Positions 1-7,700 of a DNA stretch of 11,818 bases are shown here, one piece after another (within the stretch, counting starts at the first letter, position 1; each line of letters opens with the position of its first letter). A model generated the notes under the pieces. It was not told the origin of the DNA. It did no database searches and saw only the letters and a list, made by a program, of their open reading frames with translations. The position numbers and the translations under genes were made by a program. The stretch spans positions 1-11,818 of the forward strand of contig JAUQYZ020000149.1 in the NCBI GenBank assembly GCA_030587475.2. Reading direction: 5' to 3'. The DNA is from Candidatus Sigynarchaeum calidifontis. Lineage in GTDB: Archaea; Asgardarchaeota; Lokiarchaeia; Sigyniarchaeales; Sigyniarchaeaceae.

Positions 1-195
1 CGGCTTTTTCTCGATGGGGTCGATGGCCTCGGCGCTGAGCTCGCCATAGATCAAGCTATAACATTTTCCGCCGAGATTCACGCGCGTCTCGCAGATGCCG
101 TGCTTCCCCTCGGCGATGACGCACTCGTGCGCGCACGCGTGGCACTGAACCTTGCCATCGTCCCGCGTGTCGTAAAGCATTGCTTCTTTCTTCAA
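1..195 (-). CDS. amrS: AmmeMemoRadiSam system radical SAM enzyme, 5' fragment (runs off the left edge)
   Basis: Not in the ORF track; translated by hand from TTG at 195: MKKEAMLYDTRDDGKVQCHACAHECVIAEGKHGICETRVNLGGKCYSLIYGELSAEAIDPIEKKP. The KEAMLY...KVxCxxCxHxC...G.C..R.N.GG..YSL.YG......DPIEKKP pattern is the characteristic AmrS N-terminus. SD-like GTGATG at 206-201. Confidence 0.9.
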   Translation of the reverse strand, partial: MKKEAMLYDTRDDGKVQCHACAHECVIAEGKHGICETRVNLGGKCYSLIYGELSAEAIDPIEKKP

Positions 196-241
196 AAGAA
201 CATCACGTTAAAAAAAGAGGGGAGGACGTTGTATAAGAGGC

Positions 242-913
242 TTACCACATCACCATGGAATACCCGAAAAGAACCATTATCGTCTGGACGAGGACGAATG
301 TTCCATAGATCGCCGCGAAAGGCGGCATGCTGACGATCTTCGAGAACTTCATAAGGAAACCGATGGATATCTTCGTCAGCGCGTACATCATAGCCAGCAC
401 GGCCAGAAACACGATGATGAGGATCCATTTCAAGTCGACCAGCGTGAGAATTGCCTGTCCGAACTTGTTTTCGGGGATGACGTTCATGCAAATGATCGTG
501 ACCCCGACCGCAACCCCCAAGCTTATTAGCGCCGCAAACGGGATGTCCTTGAGCGGCTTGAAGAACATGATCGCACCGGTAACGAAATAGATGATCACGG
601 TGAAATGGTTGACGGGCCCGAGATAATCAGGGTCGCCGGTTCCGAAATTCTTGTTGAAGGCCAGGCTCGGGGCATAGCCGCCGAGTTCCGCCATCACCGC
701 GCCGATCATCAAGAAGAACCCGTAGACCATGCCGATCCACGAGAACACCTTGACCATCGTGGACACGTTCACGCCGCGTTGCCATTCCTGGTCTTTGATG
801 TCTGGTCTTTTCTTGGCTTCGAAAATCCATAGGTAGATGATCGCGATCGCGGGTAACAATAACCACGCCGAATGGCGACCGAACCCTAGAAGCACGTCAT
901 AGAAGTCTGTCAT
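242..913 (-). CDS. Hypothetical polytopic membrane protein (223 aa, about 6-7 TM segments)
   Basis: Long ORF with repeated hydrophobic stretches (AWLLLPAIAIIYLWIF, VFSWIGMVYGFFLMIGAVMA, FAALISLGVAVGVTIICM, WILIIVFLAVLAMMYAL, FAAIYGTFVLVQTIMVLFGY). GAGGCTGAT lies upstream of the ATG. No family recognised. Confidence 0.8.
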   Translation of the reverse strand: MTDFYDVLLGFGRHSAWLLLPAIAIIYLWIFEAKKRPDIKDQEWQRGVNVSTMVKVFSWIGMVYGFFLMIGAVMAELGGYAPSLAFNKNFGTGDPDYLGPVNHFTVIIYFVTGAIMFFKPLKDIPFAALISLGVAVGVTIICMNVIPENKFGQAILTLVDLKWILIIVFLAVLAMMYALTKISIGFLMKFSKIVSMPPFAAIYGTFVLVQTIMVLFGYSMVMW

Positions 914-1098
914 GTCATGATCAGCCTCTGTATTCTCTTTTGCCGATTTTTATGAAGATTGTTTACGAGGAGTCAATGATACTATGAGCATTTAAAATTA
1001 GCATGCACCCGTTCTTGTCAAGATCCAGCCATCCACCTATTGCGATATTGCTAATCCTCGTGTCGTTGGTTGAAAAAAACGGGAGTCGTTTTTGTGTA

Positions 1099-1602
1099 TT
1101 ACCTCGTGGCATACCACATGAAGAGGAGCACCGCGAAGGAGCCGAACATGAAGATGCCGAAAGAGACCATGCCACCCCAGCCCGCGATGAAGAGCACCAC
1201 GACGAGTAAAAAGATGATATGCTTCCATTCGATCACGTTTCCCCTGATCTCGAGCGCATTCCCCCATGCGAACGCGAGGAACACGAAGAGGCCAAGGCAC
1301 AAGACCCCGGTGATGAGATCGAATACAAAGCCATATGACGCACCGATCGTGAGCGAGTTCACGTTGCCCGGATCGACCTTGATGTTGCGAAGGGCGTCGA
1401 ACGGCCAGAAGCTCCCGGCCGAGAGCACGGCGAGGATGAAAAACCCAACGGAAAGCAAGTATGAGCGCATCGCGGAGTTATACAAGTAATTGTCCCTCGC
1501 GCTCGCTTCAATAGCCGCGGCCGTTGGCCTCGGAACGGCGGGCCGCTTGGGTGCTTGTGATCTTTCCTGTTGTTTCACCACGCTTTTTCGCAGTTTTGAC
1601 AT
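1099..1602 (-). CDS. Hypothetical membrane protein (167 aa; basic N-terminal tail plus about 4 TM segments)
   Basis: Start re-assigned from 1701 to the ATG at 1602 (MSKLRKSVV), just downstream of the TGA (1610-1608) of the upstream gene and preceded by GAGG...TGAT. Hydrophobic segments include YLLSVGFFILAVLSAG, LITGVLCLGLFVFLAFAW and IIFLLVVVLFIAGWGGMVSFGIFMFGSFAVLLFMW. Confidence 0.75.
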   Translation of the reverse strand: MSKLRKSVVKQQERSQAPKRPAVPRPTAAAIEASARDNYLYNSAMRSYLLSVGFFILAVLSAGSFWPFDALRNIKVDPGNVNSLTIGASYGFVFDLITGVLCLGLFVFLAFAWGNALEIRGNVIEWKHIIFLLVVVLFIAGWGGMVSFGIFMFGSFAVLLFMWYATR

Positions 1603-1607
1603 AGTGA

Positions 1608-2471
1608 TCAAATCCTCTTGACGCGTGCCTTCGTCCGTACGATGTAAACGCCAACTAGAGCGATGGCGAAGCCAGCCATGATGAAAAAGGTGACCTTCCA
1701 CAACATTTCGTTGAGCTTGAGTTCACCGATATCCTCTCTCGTGGGATCGTTCGGCGCTGCGGGGATCGTCAGCGTGATCTTCTCCGTCGATGATGTCCAG
1801 TCGCCGAGCTTTGGCGCATAGAATTCAGAGAAATTCCCATACAGCGTGCCATAGAAGATCTTGATGAGGTAAGAGTTTTTTCGGACCCAATTCACGTCAC
1901 CTTCGCCATCATCTGGTCGCGGGAGCTGTCGTCCGAACCGCAGTTCATAAAACGTGAAGTTCGAGGTTGTAAAACCGATTTTAAAATGTTCGCCACTGAT
2001 GCTACTTCCCTTGGTCCAATTGCTGAACATGCGCGGGCTGTTGTAGATCTTCCAATCCCAGCTCTTGCCGTCGATGCGCACTATCTTGGCCACGCTATAG
2101 CTGTACACGCTATCGTTCACGGAACTACTACCAGGCGGCAGGTTCGAGCAAGCGATGGCGAAGCTCTCGTTTTTCGCGTGCACAGAGGTCCGGAGTTGCA
2201 AGCCGAAATAGATGAAATCGTTGAAGACACACGTGTATACGCGCAACAACTGATCCTCTCCGCCGATCTTGATGGGCATAACCGTCGAGTTGTAGGAATT
2301 CCACACGTTATCGACAACGCCGTCGATTATTGGCGCGGGATCGGCGTTTCCTGGTTTGAGATTGTATACGTTCAACGCGGGCTTGATGCTCGCAGCCGAC
2401 TGCGCTGCGATCGATAGGAGTGTCACACCAAGAATAACCGTGGTAATGACCATAGTTCGACGAATGTTCAT
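1608..2471 (-). CDS. Secreted, C-terminally membrane-anchored protein with a DOMON/CBM9-like beta-sandwich domain
   Basis: Signal-peptide-like N-terminus (MNIRRTMVITTVILGVTLLSIAAQSAA). The PIIDGVVDNVW...FIYFGLQ...FYELRF pattern resembles DOMON-like/CBM9 sugar-binding domains. C-terminal TM helix plus basic tail (VTFFIMAGFAIALVGVYIVRTKARVKRI). Several NxS/T sequons. Start could be TTG 2498; ATG 2471 preferred because GAGG precedes it and an AT-rich TATA-like element lies at ~2518-2510. Confidence 0.65.
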   Translation of the reverse strand: MNIRRTMVITTVILGVTLLSIAAQSAASIKPALNVYNLKPGNADPAPIIDGVVDNVWNSYNSTVMPIKIGGEDQLLRVYTCVFNDFIYFGLQLRTSVHAKNESFAIACSNLPPGSSSVNDSVYSYSVAKIVRIDGKSWDWKIYNSPRMFSNWTKGSSISGEHFKIGFTTSNFTFYELRFGRQLPRPDDGEGDVNWVRKNSYLIKIFYGTLYGNFSEFYAPKLGDWTSSTEKITLTIPAAPNDPTREDIGELKLNEMLWKVTFFIMAGFAIALVGVYIVRTKARVKRI

Positions 2472-2684
2472 CCGCCTCGCGTTGTGGTGTTGGGTCAAAA
2501 AATGCTTGGTTAATTTAATCGTTTATTGGTCGGCCAGCCATAAGGCATTTTGGTTCTTTCCTTTTGGGACGTGTGGCTTGCTTCGTTCTATTCGAGCGCA
2601 TCTGTTAAATTATAAGAAAACAAGTGTGGGAACCAGAATTATTACAAAGTGTTCCGAAAAAGATAAGGCATTCATGAGCACGCC

Positions 2685-3569
2685 TCATTCCCCGTCCTCT
2701 TTCGTCGCGGCCGTAAGATATATCTTGATCTGTTCTTTCATCTGGTTCACGTCTCGGGAAAGGCCGAACATGTCCGCAAACTTGTCAGTTGTCGTCAATT
2801 CCTTAGAACGGCCTTTCGGCACGGCTTTCACGAGTCCCATCTCGGTAAGCTCTTTCAAGTGCTCTCCCGCAGCTGAGCGAATCTTTGAAAGGTCGGACTG
2901 GAGGATTGGTTGCTTGGCCGCGATGATCGTTAGCGTCCGCATCACTGCTTCACGAATCAGCCCGCCGGTGGCGAATGACTTCACGGAGGACGTGAATTCG
3001 GGCTTGAGTTGCAAGATATACTTGTCCGCCACCTTGGCAATCTCCAAGGCGGTGGATCGTTCGAGGTACTCCATGGCCAATTTGTCAAGCAACTCCTCGA
3101 CGAGTTTTTTCCCGATGTTGAGCTTGACAGAGATTTCCTCGGCAGACACTGCTTGACCAGAAACGAAGAGCACGGCCTCGATCTGGTTTTTCGAGAAATC
3201 TTTCTTGTATTGTTCCGGGCTTGGTTTCTGGGGTTTCCCGGGTGCTTGCGGCTTGATCTCGTCCAGCACTTCGTCGTCATCGATGTCGTTGGGCATGCTG
3301 CCTTCCGCCAACTGCTGCTCCACAGACCCAACGGGGGCGGGTGCCATGTGGGCTTGGGCTTCACCAACTGGCACCCCGCTGGCGGGTGTGATGGGGATTT
3401 CATCAGTGGTTGCCCCGCTTTCAATGGCTGTACCGGCCAGCAAGGCCGCACCTGTTGGCGCCCCGCCTGCTTGTACTTTCTTGTCAGATGGGGGCTTCTT
3501 GCCATCGGGTATCGCGGGTTCCATTTGTTCTGGTTGACCTTCTATTGGTTTCCGTTCCTCGTCACTCAT
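2685..3569 (-). CDS. scpB: Segregation and condensation protein B (KITE subunit) with ~120-aa disordered N-terminal extension
   Basis: Tandem winged-helix ScpB motifs: IEAVLFVSGQAVS...LEIAKVADKYILQLKPEF...REAVMRTLTIIAAKQPILQSDLSKIR...HLKELTEMGLV...GRSKELTTTDKFADMFGL. Third gene after smc-scpA. Start re-assigned to ATG 3569 (MSDEERKP) because GTGATG precedes it and this removes the overlap with scpA. Confidence 0.93.
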   Translation of the reverse strand: MSDEERKPIEGQPEQMEPAIPDGKKPPSDKKVQAGGAPTGAALLAGTAIESGATTDEIPITPASGVPVGEAQAHMAPAPVGSVEQQLAEGSMPNDIDDDEVLDEIKPQAPGKPQKPSPEQYKKDFSKNQIEAVLFVSGQAVSAEEISVKLNIGKKLVEELLDKLAMEYLERSTALEIAKVADKYILQLKPEFTSSVKSFATGGLIREAVMRTLTIIAAKQPILQSDLSKIRSAAGEHLKELTEMGLVKAVPKGRSKELTTTDKFADMFGLSRDVNQMKEQIKIYLTAATKEDGE

Positions 3570-3597
3570 CGCGGCATCACGAGAAAGCATAGGTCTT

Positions 3598-4779
3598 TCA
3601 AGGTTTCCTGACATACATGTCTGCAAGCTCCTCTTCTTGCACCACGTCGATCTTGTCCCGGTTCCGCAAGAACATGAGAGTCATGAATAGGCGTGCTTGC
3701 TCGAACCGGTAGCCATATCGATCCTTTTTTTCGACGCGCGGTTTGAGGTCGTGGAAGTAGGAAACTTGCTTGTCCGGGCTCTTCTTTATACCCTCGTATA
3801 TGATATCAAGCCAGCGCTGGAAGGTGTCCTCAATGCGCTCCTTGCCGAGCAGTGCCTTCCGGATGCTCTCGGGGAGCATCTTTTTCATGCGGATTTTCTT
3901 GGCCTCCTCCGCTTTGGCAATGCCGGCAGCCTGTTGCTTGGCGAGTTTTTGGGCTTGTTTCTCGCGCTTGCGCATGACCTCGATGATCGCCGCCCGCATG
4001 GAGTTTATAAAATCCTCCTGGGTGGCGATGGCCCGGCCAGCGCGCAACGGCTGTGAAATGGTGCTCGGGATGTTCCGTCGCAGCGCCTCCTTCTTGCGCT
4101 CCTCTTCTTCCTTTGCTTGCTGCTCGAGCACTTGCGTTATCTTGTGCCGGTAGATCTTTGCAGCAGCATGCACGGCAATTCCCGAGACCTTGAAATCGAT
4201 GTATTCCTCCTTGAACATCTCGTTGAAGAATTCTGAAAGTAATTTCGCGAGATCGTACTTGGCAAAGTCGATCTTGTCGATCACGTCGGGATCGAGCAAA
4301 CTGCGGAAATAATCGTTTTTTTGCCAGAATTTGGCAGTGCCAGCTTCGCCCGACTCCAAGGCTCGCATGAGAGCTTCCTCGTCCTCCGATGCGCTCGCTT
4401 CTTGATCGCCGGCGGGAGCGGGAGGCTTGCTTTCACTTGCAAGAGGTGCGGCTACTGCACCAGTGTTTATATCCTTTCGGGATTCCACATTGAGAGGCGT
4501 TTCTGCCGGTTCGCTTTCGATTGAAGTGGGTGCTGGCATCTTATCGATAATCTGATCAGACGACGGGGTTGCGCTCTTCGTTTGCTTCACCGGCTTCGCT
4601 GGCTTCGCAATGGCAACAGGCGCTATGAATGGCACGGCGGTGTCGGTCGCTGCGGGGGAGACATCCACGGATCCGATATCGAGCGCTGCTTGCTTCGGTT
4701 CCTTTTTCTTGCGCTGCAGCGTGGCCTCGCCTCCCGCACCCGCAGGCGCGAGGTCCGGTTTGTCCTTTTTTTTACCCAC
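3598..4779 (-). CDS. scpA: Kleisin / segregation and condensation protein A with ~150-aa disordered N-terminal extension
   Basis: N-kleisin-like helical block YDLAKLLSEFFNEM...IDFKVSGIAVHAAAKIYRHK and C-terminal winged helix ARLFMTLMFLRNRDKIDVVQEEELADMYV, both matching archaeal ScpA. Located between smc and scpB. GTG start with a strong SD (AAGGTGAT) upstream. Confidence 0.88.
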   Translation of the reverse strand: MGKKKDKPDLAPAGAGGEATLQRKKKEPKQAALDIGSVDVSPAATDTAVPFIAPVAIAKPAKPVKQTKSATPSSDQIIDKMPAPTSIESEPAETPLNVESRKDINTGAVAAPLASESKPPAPAGDQEASASEDEEALMRALESGEAGTAKFWQKNDYFRSLLDPDVIDKIDFAKYDLAKLLSEFFNEMFKEEYIDFKVSGIAVHAAAKIYRHKITQVLEQQAKEEEERKKEALRRNIPSTISQPLRAGRAIATQEDFINSMRAAIIEVMRKREKQAQKLAKQQAAGIAKAEEAKKIRMKKMLPESIRKALLGKERIEDTFQRWLDIIYEGIKKSPDKQVSYFHDLKPRVEKKDRYGYRFEQARLFMTLMFLRNRDKIDVVQEEELADMYVRKP

Positions 4780-4794
4780 GCGCGATCACCTTGT

Positions 4795-7700
4795 TCAGGA
4801 AGCTGTACCCTTGTCCTCGTCCTTGAGCATGTCATCCATGGACTTGTCCCCGGGGGCGATTTCCATCTCGTCCATTTTTATGCTGAACACGTCGGTGATG
4901 GAATCCCGCATCGACACGCCGTAGATCTTGTCGGCGTTGACGATGTTCTCCTCGCGGTGGCTGATGACGATGAATTGGGACGACAAGGAGAATTCCTTGA
5001 TGACCATGGAGACACGATGCACGTTCGGGCCGTCCAGCGCCGCGTCGATCTCGTCCATGACGTAGAACGGCGAGGGCTGGAAGTGCTCCACGGCGAAGAT
5101 GAATGACAGCGCCACGAGCGTCTTCTCGCCACCCGACAAGGACTCGATGCTCGTGATTTTCTTGCCGCGTGGACGGGCCTCGATCACGATGCCGCCCTCG
5201 AAAGGCTTCGCGGGATTTTCCAGGATCATCTTGGCGATGCCCCCGGGCGAGAGTTTCGTGAAGACCTCGCTGAAGTGCAAGTTGATCTCGTTGAACGCCC
5301 GCATGAACTGCCGGGTCTTCTCGAGCTCGATCCGCTCGATATTTTCGAGGATCGCTTTTCGCTCGCGCTGCAATGATTGGCGGCGCAAGTCAATGTCATC
5401 AAACCGGTTCTTGACGGCGTCGTATTGCTCGATGCTCTTGAGGTTGACCGGCTCGAGTGCCTTCTTTTCCTCGGCGGCCTTGGCAATGTCGGTTTTGATG
5501 CCCGTGTCCGTCCATCCTTCCAGAACCTCGGGCAGGGCGCCGAATTGCTTGGATTGCTCGTAAAGCTCCTCGATCTTGGCCGTGATCTCCTTCTTGCGGT
5601 TTTCGAAATTGGATAGCTTGTTGGTGTTCGTGCCAAGGGTCGTGTTGAGCTTTGAAAGCTCGTCTTGCAGCTGTTTTTGCCGCTCCCAGACCGATTGTTT
5701 TTTAGCATTTAGGCCCGAGATCTCGTTGACGACGTCGTTTTTCTTGTCTTCGAGGCCCTTGATCGAGTTACCGAGCTCGGCGATCTTCTTGTCGCCCTCC
5801 TTGAGCTGGGCGTTTATTTTATCCATCTCGCCGTTGATCTCGCCGATCTCCTTTTCCCGTTGTATCATGGCCGTGAGATCGGCATGGCGGTTTTGCTTCT
5901 TTTGCAGCTCCTTGTTCTCCTCGTCCAGCCGTGTTCGTAGATCCTTCTGCACCTGGAGCATGTCATCCTTCTGGCGCTTCAAGTTCTGGATATCCTTTTC
6001 CTTTTCAGCTTTGCTTGCCTCGATTTTCTTTATCTCCTCATCGAGGATCGTGATTTTTTCATCGTTGTTCTTGATTGTTGTATTCGAAGCGGTGATTTCT
6101 GCCTCGTGCTCCTCGATGTCCTTGATGAGCTTTTGGACTGTCTGCAGGCCCCGGATCTTGTCCTGGATGCCTTGCAAGGTCTTGGTTTTCTCGTCGATCT
6201 CGGCGTTCAGCTTGTTCTGAATCTCCCAGAATTCGTCTTTCTGCTTGTTCTTCTCGTCGATCTTGGTCTGGATACTTGCTTTCTCTTTCGAGAGTGAATC
6301 GATCTTCTGCTGGTTATCAGCGATGACCTTGTTCTTTTCCTCGATGCTCTTTGTAAGATCCTCGATCTGTTGGTCAGTACTCTTGATCTTTGACTCGATG
6401 TTCTTGAATTCCAGCGTGGATTGCTTTAAATCTCCCTCTAACTTGGTCTTGTTCACGGAGACCGCGCTGATATCGTCCAGCATTTCCGACTTTTTCTTAT
6501 CGAGCTCATGCAGCGCGTTGATCTGCTCCGTATTCCGCGTCATGGACAGCTTTCGCAGCGACGTGTGCACTTGGCTCATGATATCCATGAGATCCTGGAT
6601 AAATGAATTGAAATTCGCGGCGTTGTCCTTGACGAGTTTGTCCATGTTCTTTTGTACCTCGTCCTTGAGGATCTTCATGGACTCGTCGTAGTTATCGAGG
6701 AACATGTCGAGATTCGCGAACGCGTGCTCGAGATCCTCGGTCTTGCCATCCTTCGCCAATGACTTTATGGTCTCGATGAGCGACACGATATCTTTAACGT
6801 AGAGGTTGAAGTCGTTCATCGAGTTTTCGACGGCGTCCGTTCCGCTGGCCTGGATATCCGCGCTGAGCTCGCTCACACCGGTCTTGTAATTCTCGGTGAG
6901 CATCTCCAGGTTGGTCACGACACCGACGATTTCTTGCTCGGCGCCATCATATTCCTTTTGCGAGTTTTCTATACTCTTTTCGATTTCCTCGCGCTCTTTC
7001 TTGATGTCGGCGAGGAGTTTATTCTTTGTATCAAGTAAATCTTTCGTCTTCTCTAGTTCCTTGGTGATGCGTTGGATTTCTTCGTTGAACTTGACCTTGT
7101 TGACCTCGAACGTCTTGGCATCGCGCTTGAGCGTGTTGATTTGCTTGTCGAAATAATCCTGCTCGGACTTGGCGACCTGGATCTTGGACTTGCTGTCGTT
7201 GATCTGTTGATCGTATTTGCTCAATTGGGAACGGAGCTGCTCGATCTCCGTCTCGAAGTTTTTTTGTTTCTGGGTCTCTTTCTTGATCTCGGTCTTGATC
7301 TTTTCTATCTCGCCCTGAAGATCCTTGGCCTCTTTATCAGCCGCAGCCATTGCTGCGTTGATGTCCTCGTTCTTGTCCTTGAGGAGCTTCGACAAGTCCT
7401 TTTCAAGATTGGCTTTCTTGGACTCGAGCTTCACTAGGCGATCCTTGGTCATCTTGAGCTCGGTCTCGAGCGACGATTTCTGCGACGACGACGTGTTGAG
7501 GCGCTTGTTGAATGCATTCAGCTCTTGCTGGAAGATCGTGATATCAGACTCCAGCTTGGCGACCTGGTTCTCTTTATCCTGGATCTCGGTCTTGGTCTTG
7601 GAGATCTGGATGTCGAGGGCCTCGACTTCCTCTTGAACCTTTGCAAGCAATGCATCGTAGGTATCGCCTTTCCCAAGTTTCTCTTGCTTTTCGACCAGCG

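Noticed and set aside
910-918. Mini-ORF ATG-ACA-TGA overlapping the start of the 223-aa membrane gene
   Set aside because: Too short to distinguish from chance; no supporting context.
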